DNA of 64,000 nucleotides from Tubulanus polymorphus (taxonomy: Eukaryota; Animalia; Nemertea): the NCBI RefSeq assembly GCF_964204645.1, contig NC_134027.1:19058560-19122559 (forward strand), in the 5' to 3' direction. A model generated the notes under the pieces. That model made no database searches. It saw only the letters and a program-made list of their open reading frames with translations, and had not been told where the DNA came from. Numbering within the stretch: the stretch's first letter is position 1; each line of letters begins with the position of its first letter. The position numbers and the translations under genes were made by a program. Below are positions 37,474 through 49,909 of the stretch, one piece after another.

Positions 37474-37763
37474 GTCAGTAAAACTGTAAATTGATATCCA
37501 TTCATTACTAGGTTTTTCGGAAACCCTGAATATCCTCTACATATTAACTCATCAGTCACTCAGTGATGCAGTCTTATAGAAGCATCCCTGGCTTTCAATG
37601 GCACGAAGAAGGTGGAAAAATCTCGACCGCATATATCTTGGATATCTCAATTGTAGTATGAACTACCGTTACTGCCGTCTCGACATGCCCTAGTAAACGA
37701 TTTATATTCGAGTTCATTAAGACAATGTTCATGACTGTTCAGTCTAGCTTTCTTGTATTTTAG

Positions 37764-38034
37764 ATTCCTGAAAGCGGTACAAGGCATGCTGCTGTTATTG
37801 ATTTCACCGATCAGTATCATATTCTTCGCATCATTCCTACACAACGCCATCTATAGTACATTTGCGTTCAATGAACTAATCGGGAATTCATGGATAACAA
37901 TGAAGCATTCGATATATTGGAGCGTTACTGACTTTCATTTATTGGGTAACTGGTTGTACTCTTACCTAGCGTTAGCCGTATTTCCCAACTGGCTGTTACT
38001 ATGGTGTATATTGTGGCAAGAAAATCGTAACTAA
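37764..38034 (+). CDS. GPAA1: GPAA1 last coding exon
   Basis: ttttAG|...TAA. FLKAVQGMLLLLISP...GNWLYSYLALAVFPNWLLLWCILWQENRN* matches the GPAA1 C-terminus LL.L.SP...P.WLLFW. Confidence 0.93.
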
Positions 38035-38353
38035 GGAGCAGATTGTGGTGGCGCTGGAGTCAGGATCCACCAGTTTCTTGAAGCGAGAATTAAAACAAGT
38101 TACATTCCCCTAGTCCAATTATTGGCTGGTCTATCTGAAAATGGGAAAATGACATCAGAAACCCCCTCAACACGCTAAGTTTCAAAACTGGGCCAAGCGC
38201 TTACACCCTAACCCTAATGGGTCTATAGTTAATAGGACAATGGGACTAGTAAACGTCTTTTGAAATAGATTTCTTATTGAATATTGTTTGACCATCTGAT
38301 CTTCATACTGACTAGAGGGCCTTCAAACTAGGAGGGGATGGTCGGCGAATTAT

Positions 38354-38696
38354 TATTAGGAGTTGATCCTTATAGAAATTTCGATGAATTTTCCCTCATT
38401 CTTCTAATTGATGCTTGATCTTGTTTCGTGACATCACCAGGAAAGCCCTTCAGAAGGGCATCATTTGGAAATAACAGTAACATCATTATCAAGAACTGCT
38501 CTACCATGTACATGTGACTCATAGGGAAAACCCATTACCATGTATATCATCCAAGTAGAGCATGCTTTACACCGTGCACCATGATTTCATCTTTATCAGC
38601 TGTTCATACATTATTGCAAATCCAAGAACAGATGGATTTTTGTGCTCAAAACTAAAATGTACTCAGTTGATCCTACTAGACCCATGTTCCTATATT
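38354..38696 (+). mobile_element. HINE-like family B, internally deleted copy just downstream of the GPAA1 stop codon
   Basis: Collinear with 15459-15490 and 15670-15996. Ends GTTGATCCTACTAGACCCATGTTCCTATATT. Confidence 0.78.
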
Positions 38697-39987
38697 CTCT
38701 TTTTTGACGCCTTACTATTATGAAACCTAAACAATGTTAACCATTCAGTGTCATTTTACAAACGACAACCGTAATCGATGTGCAAAAAGTCACAGGTCTA
38801 TGTTTACACATACAAGCTATTTGGCAAAATATTATTGACAAAGATGTAGAATGGCTTCCTATGATCCATATAATGAGCTCTATGTGAACGTCGAATTCAA
38901 TATTGCATTGAATATCATTAGAAGGCGTATTGTTATAGCAAAGGATGTATGATTATATCAGAAGTGGCAGGCATAAATAGAAATGAAAAGTAAATTGCAT
39001 TATTCAGTCAAAATGGCGGATGTATACAGGATTTGGAAGTCTGATATAAAAGTAAGACTCTAACATGGGGATGCTGGTGGAATGACGAAGCTATCTACGA
39101 GCTGTGTAGGGCCGGCGTGAATTTCATCGGCGGCTTCAAGCGGTCAATATAAAAATGTGTTAACATATAATTTTAATATTCAAATGTTTTAGAAAATATG
39201 TTCGCATATAGCATGTGTATTAGGTGACAATTCAATTCTTTATTGATCCTTGATCCTACATATTCCTAAATTCAATAAAGTTATAAATTTTAGAATAAGA
39301 AAATACAACATACAAGACACGCGTAATTCATACAGAATAACATAAACAAGTTATTTTAAATGACAATGTCTACTTCAGCCCAGACTCAAGAGGAATCGAG
39401 TGACAGCCAAACCGGGGACGGGCCGGCTGGCTAGGCCACTGGACTATATGCTCCAAAGTCATGATAAAGCAGACATCAAGAGAGCTCTTTCCTCAACCAT
39501 GGAGACAATGAAGTTGCAGACCAGCTTACAGGCAAACATGAATTATCGCAAGTTATCAATTAATGACAATTTTCAATAAAGAGATTAAACCACTACTTAC
39601 AGTCGGAAGACCTGTATCATCTACTCAATCGCCAAATCTCAATTCCCCAAATTTCTTAAAACTTCGATTTCAAATTTGCAATTCCACATTAGCTTATCCC
39701 AAAAATTCTACATTTTTTCGCAGGTGTCAAATAATTTATTGAAATTAATTTTCTTGTTAAATGACTTCCATTCGGATCATTCATTTATACATGAAATTTG
39801 AACGTAAAATAGGCAATTTTTTCGTATACATTAAGCATTACAGTGCGCATTTGCACTTACCGCTCCCCCTCCCTTAGTGGGGACGTAATAGATGAATGAG
39901 CTCATCATCAAAAATATCTTTGAAGTTCTGTGAAGTTCAACAATGTTTGGGTACCATGGTAAACCATTATAACTTTGTAAATACCAG

Positions 39988-40076
39988 GGCCCGGTTCCAC
40001 AGTTATAGTTAACTCCGAGTTAAAATAAGTTCATTTCAATGAGTTATATCTTAACTCACAACTGTGGAACTGTACC
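39988..40076. mobile_element. Very small palindromic Harbinger-like MITE
   Basis: CAG|GGCCCGGTTCCACAGTT...AACTGTGGAACTGTACC|CAG. Confidence 0.55.
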
Positions 40077-40459
40077 CAGTGGCATGATTCTTCACTACAA
40101 GTTAAAGATTTTGAAATTCATTGTCATTCTGTGTCAACTTGTGGTTGTTCCCTGAGCAACGCAACATATCAGTTCATTGGGGAATCGAAGCCACATGGCT
40201 GAGTAAATGTTACATTTTAAGTCCAATTGGTGCTATTGCATTCACTCTTCTGTTGTCGGAATCTAGTTTCGTAAGGCAAGTCTCAGTATGCTTTGATGTC
40301 TTGATAGTTGGTTTATACTGTGCTGTTGAAAGTGGTGTATTAAGTGGTGTTCAAATAAAAGTTTTTTGATTGAATATTTATAATTTATCATGAATAATCA
40401 TGTAAACAATTATAGCAGAAGATGAGCACTGTATTTTCTGTTAAGTAGCATTTTTTATG

Positions 40460-40810
40460 AATTGTAATTTCGTGTGACCTGAAAATACTAAGCGGCAAAT
40501 AATTTCACTCGGTGTATAAGTCGATGTCAATATTTTAGTGATAAAATCTGGGGTTTAAAACAATCCACTTACATATGCCGATGGTGTTAGCTTCTGCGGC
40601 TCTACATCGGAAGAGGTTGCCAAGGCTTTTGATGTTCAGCCACCCTGATTGGTGATATCATATGGACTTTATTTTGAAAAAGGAATTTTTCATACTGTGA
40701 AAAATATTTTTTCAAATAGTCTAAAATACTTTTATAGATAAAATACAAGATGAGATGCCAAGTAAGGTCTAGTTTTCAGGGTGAACCACTTTGCCCATGG
40801 GCAATTTATT
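40460..40810 (+). mobile_element. Diverged 3' fragment of HINE-like family C
   Basis: TGTGACCTGAAAATACTAAGC...TTCAGCCACCCT...TGTGAAAAATATTT shared with 36220-36480. Ends with hairpin TTGCCCATGGGCAA plus TTTATT. Confidence 0.72.
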
Positions 40811-41788
40811 GTATCATGTGTATGAAATGTTTCTATCAAGTGAACAGTCTTGACCATTATTAACTCCTATATATTACATGAACATGTATACTGTATCATC
40901 TTAATAATCCGTATCAGTTTTAAATTCAGATACAGGGCATTTCAGTCCACTTTCTTACATCTAAATGTAAGTGAGAGGAAATCTCAGCTTACATTTAAGA
41001 CAAGCCACATAAATTCTTTGTCAGGATCATGCAGAAAGCAATCTGCTGCCTTGAACCATCCCTCATATCATTATCATCATTCATCCAATTTTTCGTACCA
41101 AGGAAAATTTCCCTCGTTCTAATTCTTTTTCTTGACTTAACAAATGGGCTTTAAAACATCACACAACATTTTGGCATCACTCTATCAGAAAGTGAAAGTT
41201 GAGAAGAGGGAAACAATGGTTAATGCCTCACGGGAGTGGTTCCAGGATGCATACGGTAGCATGTTTTATGTTTAGAGTTTGTGAATGTTTGTAATTTTCC
41301 AAAATAAATGAAGAAAAGCTTATCACTAGAATCGATGTGTGCTTTTATTGAGTTTATTGGAGGATTTTCAATTTCACATCATTTCTATTTCTCAAAAATT
41401 TAGAAGTGGCCCTACAACTCTATCCAGGGCTGTGTCATTTGATTTCAATGAGTTCAATCATAAAGTACTGGTATGGAATATGAAAATATTGAAACTCCAA
41501 ATATGGTATTCAGATGAGAACACTAAAAAGATTGCCAGTACCCGGTATTTATTTGTCTTAAATAATAAATAAATACTGAGTACTGGCAATCTTTACTCTC
41601 CACTGGCAACATTTTGCTCGTCCTGAACCATGAACTTCATTGAATATTAAGCTATCGGTTAATTATTTCCATAATCACCATTTTGCTGCAGTAGGTTCAG
41701 AGAACTTAGATATGCTTCAATACTTGATTGTACCAATGTTGTTACAAGGCATCTTCTTGGATACATCTGACACTTAACTAGGGGTCCA

Positions 41789-42062
41789 CAGGGGCGGACC
41801 CGGGGGAGAGCATGGAGGTGTTTGGCCACTTATAATTTTTGGCTGAGAGACTTTCCCCCTCCCGAAAAATGGTAAAATTGTGAGCATATTTCATCCAAGA
41901 AAGTGCTCAAATGTATCAAACTTTTCTGGCGATGGACCCAAAACCCCATGCTTTTGGTGGTTGGCGCCTGCAGCATTTGCTGTGAAGCCTGCATCATAAC
42001 GAGCGACAAACGCCTGTGAATATTTGCAATAACCCTTTTCCCAAAAGCTAGATCCGCCCCTA
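41789..42062. mobile_element. Putative hAT-like MITE
   Basis: CAGGGGCGGA...TCCGCCCCTA inverted ends. No clean TSD. Confidence 0.5.
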
Positions 42063-45000
42063 GGCCCGGTACACTATGCCCACATGGTTAAATGCATGTG
42101 GCAATCTTTCTATGATCATCGAAATACGCATTACAATATTTCCAACAGGCGTCAGCAGAAATTTCAGGGAGGTTTTGTTATGAGCTATTTTCAAATGAAT
42201 CAGTCCCGAACGCTGCGAGGATAATGATGGGGTCAGCTATTCATTGCCGAGTAAAACTGAAAGAAACCAAATACTGACAGGTAGACCTGTATGTCGCCTC
42301 AAACCTTCCCCAGATTTAAAGAAAATTGAGCACTCTAAGATGGCCACAGCTAGAAATAGATTCAAGAAAATAACGCATTATGGGCATTTTTATCGGATTA
42401 TCAGTTCTCTATGGTAGTGTTATGGGACTGTATATTCAAGTATATCCAAGGCAGTAGAAATACTACAAGTGTTTTTTTCGGTGAACGGCAGGATTTTTGC
42501 TAGAAACGATGCCCATCAGAATACATCTTTCCAAATCAACATTTTTCTCTATGGTACCCTTTGACTCTTCATAGTATCAATATTCACGCCGAATACACAC
42601 CACACATCGGAATGCTGTATCAGCTGGAGTCAACCATCATAGTACTGCTTTCCTCATTCAAAACTTGAACGCTCATGTATTTATCATCACAGACATTTAT
42701 TCAATTTAACATAAATATTCATCTCAAGAAGATAAAACATTATCTATTTCACATTTACAAGTAGAATACATTAGAGTATTGATAAAATTCTCGAATATAA
42801 AAACTTTTCTCGGGCGTTGGGCACCAAAATTATTTTTACAAGTTGAATACAATTGGAATGATGAATAGCAGAAACACTAGAGATAAGTTAATAAGCATAT
42901 TATGCTCTATTTTACAAGTTTTGGAATGATGAAATTATCTTTCAGTACAAGTCAATCATTACCTATGATGCAAATTATTCCAGGGGCCACACTCCAAGTG
43001 GGCTTAAATAACCCTTGTGATTAACACGAAACCTCGCTCTAATGACCACTGAATTATGAAAGCTCGCTCTAATTGTAACATACAAAATAATGATACGTAG
43101 CCAAATCCTTATTTTTAGTTAAATCTGGAAATAAAACCACTTTTCTATTAAACTATAGGTTATCATAGCAGAACTAGCTCATTTCAGATTTTTTCAAGCT
43201 AAATTTCTGCAAGTTGTACTGTTTAGAACCATTTTCTATACTTGCAATGATGAATTTGTTCCCTTCATTTATCAGATTTTAACTTAAGTTGCCCAAAATT
43301 CCATGTTCCATGGAGAGATCCGACTTCATGATCCTATTCTCGAATATCATTGTATACTTTCTTTGGTTCTAACCAATCATGCATGTTTATTTACTTTCAC
43401 GTTATGACCTGACAACGCAATTAGATTAGACACAATGTACCGTAACTAGGATTGTCTATTTTTTCAACTTTTTAAATGGTGGAACGTTTGTAAAGGCGCA
43501 TATAAACATGCATCTCTTTAAATGAAATGATTGAAGAATTTGAACCGGACATACATAAGGAGTACGCCTCGGCAAAAGCTGATGCCTCGTAGGGACTGCA
43601 AATGATAATAGGGCATTATTCACCTGCATATAACTTGCATACCAGGTTATAGAAAAACCTATCACAAACTTTAGATTGTAGAGTAGGAACAAGGTCCAAA
43701 ATTTCTATTTCACACATAAATGTTGTCTTGGATGACCTACATAAGCAAGAAACAACATGCCACATACAAAAGCTGCAATCACACATAGAAAGGTTGGCTA
43801 AACCATATTGGACCTGGTCCGAGCTAAATTTCAGCACAGGTAAAATTTTTGCATTTGAATTGCAACTGGTTGCAGAAATGACTCACTTCACTTTGTTAAA
43901 GCATTATTTAGTATCGAGTGAGTGGTTTGCGTGTGAACCCGCTCTCTTATTAGGCACAGGCCGAATTTAAAACAGGCCTGATCCGTGGCTATTTGGCCCA
44001 GGCTAAATCATCTCCGCATGATTGCAGCTCAGGTTATCAGAAACCCAGTAAAAAAACTATAGATCATACATACACTATAGAGCATTAGAAGTACCTATTT
44101 CACACACATCCACACACACACATAGGAAAGGTCCTAAAAAACTCAAAAGCATTTTTACACTCAAATATGGCCATTTTGGATCCTCATCTTTCCATCCGTT
44201 AGCAAAATACAACACACAGTCATTAGAAAATCCATATTTCATGGACAAATATGATTGTAGCAGCCATCTTGGATGACCTACAAACAAGGTTATGAGAAAT
44301 TTACAATAAAAACTGTACCGACTGAAGAGCAAGAAGAAGGTCTAATAACATTCCACAACAGTATACCGGTAACAGAAAATTTACCAGTAGATCCAGTGCC
44401 TACATGTTCAATTGAAACCTCAACAACAATTTCCTTTGGGACAACAGCAATATCAATCAGTCATGTGAGTTAATTTCTGTAACAAACTACACGACCATAC
44501 TCATTTGAAGAAATGAAGAACAATCTTACAATTATGATAATTAATTCTCCCTGGTCAAGCCAATTGCCTTCAAACCTGCACAATAAATGAACATGACATG
44601 AGCCGAGTGGAAGAAAACATCAATGCTAGCACAGGTTAAGGGGCTTTCAAGGTTTGGATGCTCTCCTAAATTCTGACAGGTTCAGTCTACAATAATTCTT
44701 CATAATCATAAATAATTCTTAATAATCTAAATACATGATACAGTCAACCTCAGTTATTCCATACCCGGTTAAACCGTATAAGTGCTTATTTCGTATAAAT
44801 AAGTTTGTCCCGTTTTTAACCACGGTTATTCCCTTCAAAATGATGTGCCTAATCTGTACTTATCCGTATTTCACTTATTCCGTAGACAAGTACATGGTCC
44901 CGTTGTCCAATTTGTACGTAAACCTATTGTGTAATCCGTATCAGCTGTCAGAAATTCTTAAATGATCCATCAATGTCATAGTCTCAAGCTGTTCCATAAA

Positions 45001-45269
45001 CCCTTTCAGTGCTGACTAATCAATACCCTATAGTGCTGGAGATAATTTGAAAATTTTTAAAAATTCCACCCTAGTGTGTTGAATAACGGGAATACCACTA
45101 TAGTACGTCAACAGCGCAGTGTATCGTTAGTGACTAATATTTCACTATGTTTGACAGGTGCTACCATCTTTCAATAGAGATAAAAACTAATTACATCAAT
45201 ACACCGCAGTTTGGTGTACTAGCAAAATCCATCGCCAATTCATACACTGCAGTAGACGCACTGAAAGGG
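45001..45269. mobile_element. piggyBac-like MITE
   Basis: TAAA|CCCTTTCAGTGC...GCACTGAAAGGG|TTAA. A similar lone end TTAACCCTTTCAGTAC occurs at about 6715. Confidence 0.72.
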
Positions 45270-46234
45270 TTAAATGATGGTACCTGGTTTCGTATTGCCT
45301 ATTGTCGTAATTCTAGCCACATGATTTTTAGAGGCAATATAAATATTTATATCGGATATCATATGGGTTATGCACTTATAGTACTCGGATGAACTGATAT
45401 CCGTAAATCACTGAATCCGTACTAAAAAGCTCGCGTAGACTTATATGCCAGTTTTTACGGTAGTAAAGAATTGATCGAGGACATATCGTCACTTCATGGG
45501 CTCTTCCCAACTTCATTCCTGGGTATTGTACATTGATAGCAATAGTAGTATTATTTTCACGGACTTTAGTTATGAAAACCACTGAACTTACACCAAGCAA
45601 CAAGTAGGTAATAATGCAAAAGGTCAACACCACTGTTGACCTAATACTGTATATTCACTGCTGTTGTCATGATTATCTTCAAATCACACTTACAGTACAC
45701 GTTAATAGGTACGTACTAACTACTGAAACATTACTTTGCTCAGTAACACAAATTGTGTTGATTTTTTTCAGACTCCTCCCATCAGTAGTATGCACTTTAT
45801 GAATGGTCCCATACCTGGGTTCATTGAAATTTGTTTTTTGATCGATAGGAATCTTTTATGCATTAACTTAACACAAATTTTGTTGAATCATTTAACACCC
45901 TGAATGAAGCATTTCTTTTCAAATGGCAATTCATTTTGCAAACCATACTCCCTACTTCATTTAAGCCCCTGGAGAATTTACCCACAACAAAGATAAGCAG
46001 CTTATGAACCATTTTATGGGACTTTGTGTTAACCTTTGAGTAAGGGGACCGGTTGCTTTGGATAAATACAAAAAAAACTTTAAAGTGATATATCAGTGTA
46101 ATGAACTTGCTTTGTGTAAAAACACCATCAAAATATATATATGTACAACATTCAATTGTTAAAATAACTTCAGATATCATTGATTCTTTTAGAGTAGAGA
46201 TATGAGAATTTTACGAAAGCAATAGGGGTGATTG

Positions 46235-46378
46235 TCACGTTTCGTTGTGATTGGATGAATTTAAACAAGTTGTCTCAACTTCAATCTCTTCTTCGATATC
46301 CGTATCAGATTGTACATTCACATCTTTGTACCATTGGTCTGTTAAATTGTTCATTTGTCTTTTTCCTTCTCTTACTTC
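46235..46378 (-). CDS. SLC9A8: NHE8 last coding exon
   Basis: ttacAG|EVREGKRQMNNLTDQWYKDVNVQSDTDIEEEIEVETTCLNSSNHNET*, cf. human GRIQMKTLTNKWYEEV plus acidic tail. Confidence 0.92.
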   Translation of the reverse strand, partial: EVREGKRQMNNLTDQWYKDVNVQSDTDIEEEIEVETTCLNSSNHNET

Positions 46379-46605
46379 CTGTAATACAAACATAAAATAC
46401 ATGATTGTATGAACTCAAACCAAGTTTTAGAATTACATACTACAGCCCAATGCATCTTCAATTCTAACAGCAATGACCCTTTCAGTCCCACACTCCACAC
46501 TCTTAACAGAACCTTCAATATCGCGTGCTAGTAATGATTTGACTGCAGTTGAAAAATGGTTGTTTAATTCAATTCAACTTAAATGTGTTAAGATCTATTG
46601 GATCC

Positions 46606-46646
<41 letters not shown>

Positions 46647-46900
46647 CTTTTCGGTATTATTACCCTGGCCAATTTTATACTCTAACATGTGTCAGTCATC
46701 TCTCCCTGGGAGAAGTAACACCGAACTGCTAACAAGCGCTCAGGAGTCATCTATCAGGCCAGGTACCCATTTACTCCTGGGTGGAGAGAGGCAATGAGGA
46801 TAAGTGTCTTGCCGGAGGACACTACGGTAATGTACGGGGTTCGAACCCACGACCTGGCTTCCCAGAGCCCAACGCTCTCACCACTCGGTCACACCGCTCC
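46606..46900 (-). mobile_element. tRNA-derived SINE with Deu/Nin-like central domain and (ATT)n tail
   Basis: Minus strand: GGAGCGGTGTGACCGAGTGG (A box), GGTTCGAACCCC (B box), GTGTCCTCCGGCAAGACACTT, CTCTCCACCCAGGAGTAAATGGGTACC, then about 13 ATT repeats. Confidence 0.88.
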
Positions 46901-46993
46901 ACAATAGTGAATTGAATAAGGCTCTCGATACAATTGAACACTTTCAAGCAAAATTGAAATTTTGTCCAGCTGAACCCTTCATTGATAACTAAC

Positions 46994-47137
46994 CTGTTGT
47001 GTGAATCGTCTAGTAAAAAATGGAATTAAATACTGTACGTCAAATTTCATGAACCCTTTCAACTGCGGCTTCACAAAATTCACTTCATATTCTTCTTCGG
47101 TTAGTTCTGACAAGTATTCTGAATCAACTGCTTCTCC
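46994..47137 (-). CDS. SLC9A8: NHE8 coding exon
   Basis: tgtcAG|GEAVDSEYLSELTEEEYEVNFVKPQLKGFMKFDVQYLIPFFTRRFTQQ|GTtagt. NHE8-specific SE.LSELTEEEYE and PFFTRR motifs. Confidence 0.96.
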
Positions 47138-47712
47138 CTGACAAAAATACAAATACCAATACATCATATTAAGAATACCTCGCACGAACAATCACACACA
47201 TGGATTTATTTATAGACCAATGGATGATATTTCTTTGATTTTTCCTGGCTGGGGTAAGAACTAAATCACAACTTCATCATGAAAATCTCAAAAATCTTCT
47301 CTTTAATCTGGAAAGTGGATTTTAAAATGCCTATTTGAGATTCACAATCAGATATATTAACTTCCAAGAAAAATATTCATCAGATACATAAACTGACTCA
47401 AATGAATATTAGTTATGACTTAAAACATAACGATATCTTTAAATATGGTATATCTATAAGCAACTGGGAGAATAGAATTATGTAAACGGTATAAGGATAC
47501 CTATCAAAATATAAAGCAAAATTAATGTTCAGAAATAGTATCTCTGACTATTTTTCAAAAGATTTTCAGAGGCAGGTGTTTAAGTTGAGCGACTAACATC
47601 TGGATCAACAAAGTAAATTTTCAACAGGTGGTTCAGCCACGAATAGTTGGAACAATTTCATATATGACATAATAAATTTGTCTTGCATTATGACGTGAAC
47701 ATATGCACTTAC

Positions 47713-47784
47713 CATCTCTTTAGTCTTACTTAAAGATACTTCCTTTCCTGGACGGACTTTTTTCCTTTTGTCAGCCTTCCATAA
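47713..47784 (-). CDS. SLC9A8: NHE8 coding exon
   Basis: atgtAG|LWKADKRKKVRPGKEVSLSKTKEM|GTaagt, cf. human KKDVNLSKTEKM. Confidence 0.9.
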
Positions 47785-48899
47785 CTACATAAAAGAAATC
47801 AAATAACATTAGAAAAAGATGATGATTTAAACTGGTTCAGATACTGGACCAAATTTGATAGTCTTGAGTTTAATGTCATGACTATTGGACTACTTTACTG
47901 GATACTGTATACTACATTAGAATTCTTTAGATTTGTAGAGACATAGTGGTTTGTGAGAAGTTCCCTACACAATTTTGAGTACCCTCCTCCATATTTGTCA
48001 TTGCGTAGTGAAAATACTAGAATACTATACTTGAGATATCCTATTTGGGGCATGTCATACGCAATGACAAAATTGGACCATTTGGCCCAGTAGCTCGCTT
48101 GCATTAATGCCAGATTGATTAAGACACACAACATATCACAGCGGTTAAGCATATCCCAGTATTTCAAGTTGCATTACGCATGCCATTTTGTCCGCCAGTG
48201 GACTAGCGGGGTATGTGCTACGTAACATTGGTGTTTTCAATCAGGGAACACATTTCATAAGTAATAATCATCACTATAACTATGAATAGTGATTGGTTTT
48301 CCAATGGAGATACCAGGTCATTGGACAACGTATTCAGTGATATTTTCCAAGGGGCATTCCCGAATTCTATTCATAGCTTATTTCCGCGCTACAGTATTTC
48401 CACAAAGTGACAACTAGGTTAAGTTTGATATCTTACAAACTAGAAAGTGGAAACTAGAAACATAACGCCGTGTGTCACCCTAGTATGTTAAAATTACAAT
48501 TTTTTTTACTAAAATTTGTATTTCCGAGTAATACTTACCCTTTCCTATGGTTTCTGCCAATATTTTCTAAATTTGGATTGAGCGCCAATGGTTTTTCTAT
48601 ATGATCCGGCCCTGCGGTATTGCATTAAGCCACCGGCGAAATCAGCCATCTTTTTATGCCATAGCAGACCCAAAAATCCAGCTATGCGGGGCTGGTGGGC
48701 GGGATTCCCACGATAGGAAAGGGTAAGTACTACTCAGAAATACAAATTTTAGTTCCCCCCCCCCCAATTTTACAAAATTAATACTTGCGAACATGAGCTC
48801 AAACTATGTACATGGATACACCCCTTGTGATCCTAATTATGGAAACATAAAAATTCTACGCTAAAGAGTCCGATCCAAAAGAATTGACACCTTGAGCCA

Positions 48900-49907
48900 T
48901 AACAACAGGACCAAGGACGCTAATGAGCCTAACTGGCCTGAAACATCCTGTAAATAAAAGGACGTGAATGTCGATGGAGAATTCTAAAAGGCGCCCGACG
49001 GACTTCTTCCAACAGAGCACCTGAAAAGGCTGTGCAGGAAGTAGCCATAGACCTCACTTGATTAGAAACAACTCCCTCTGAGGAAAGATTCTCCATCAAT
49101 AAAATGTCCTTGATCAGTGAAGAGACCCATCAGGTCACTGTGTCCCGAGAAATATCACCCTCCAGGTGATCCAGCAGCAGAATAAATAACCTCCCGCGAA
49201 TCACTTTGTGGAACAGAGCGATCTAAATAAAAACACAACGCCCATACAGGAAATAATGTCCTGTCCCAAAGACCTGGTTCAACTCGATGTTTTAGGGCTT
49301 CAATTCGCCATTGACGGCCGACTGAGCTAGGCCGTTGGTTCTTTGCCAAAAACTCCAAAGGCTGCAGCAAAACAAATTCCTTCGCTGGCCCGAAGACAAT
49401 ATGACCTTGTTGAATTGAAAGTGCATGAATATCAGAATGACGAGCCGAGCAAGCCAAGAACAGCATGATTACAGTCTTTTTTGACAAATTCGCTAATGAC
49501 GCTGCGGAAAGAGGTTCAAATGGCGCCTCCATTAACTTCTTCAAAACTACTGACTGATCCCATGGTGGAACAATTTTCGGTACGTGAGGCCGGGAAACAG
49601 AAAACCCTGCAACAAGCTGGCATATCCGATGATCAGCTGTTACGTTTGGCCGTCCAGAAGCACGCAATGTATGGGAAATCGCAGAGCGGTAACCTTTAAT
49701 AGTTATAACCTGCAGACCTTTTACTACTAATAGATGCAGTAGAAAATCTGCCAATTGAGCTACAGAGGGTGAGCATGGATCAATTTCCCCTGTAGCACAC
49801 CAATCTGCAAACCGACCCCATTTGGCATCGTAAATGGTACTTGTCGATGGCCGTTTAGATCCTGTGATAAAAGAGGCAGCCTGTTCTGAATAGCCTGAAG
49901 CCAACAA
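48900..49907 (-). pseudogene. DIRS tyrosine recombinase remnant
   Basis: GYSEQA...KRPST..IYDAKW..F..WC (integrase SAM-like N-domain), TIKGYRSAIS, PPWD..VVL, LACSAR.SDIHAL, FLAKNQ. Frameshifted C-terminus with STFTSFYL.D. Confidence 0.87.
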
Positions 49908-49909
49908 GG

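Noticed and set aside
42696-42701. Candidate SLC9A8 poly(A) signal (AATAAA on the minus strand)
   Set aside because: The hexamer is frequent in this AT-rich DNA and cannot be assigned without transcript data.
44740-45430. TA|CAGTCAACCTC pogo/Tc1-like left end with repeated ATCCGTA words
   Set aside because: No matching right TIR was found, so boundaries cannot be supported.
46825-46900. Possible tRNA gene
   Set aside because: It has A/B boxes but continues into a SINE core and (ATT)n tail, with no convincing cloverleaf or acceptor stem.
49155-49907. Phage integrase-like ORF suggesting a prophage or horizontal transfer
   Set aside because: It lies downstream of RT/RNase H in DIRS gene order and is the element's own tyrosine recombinase.
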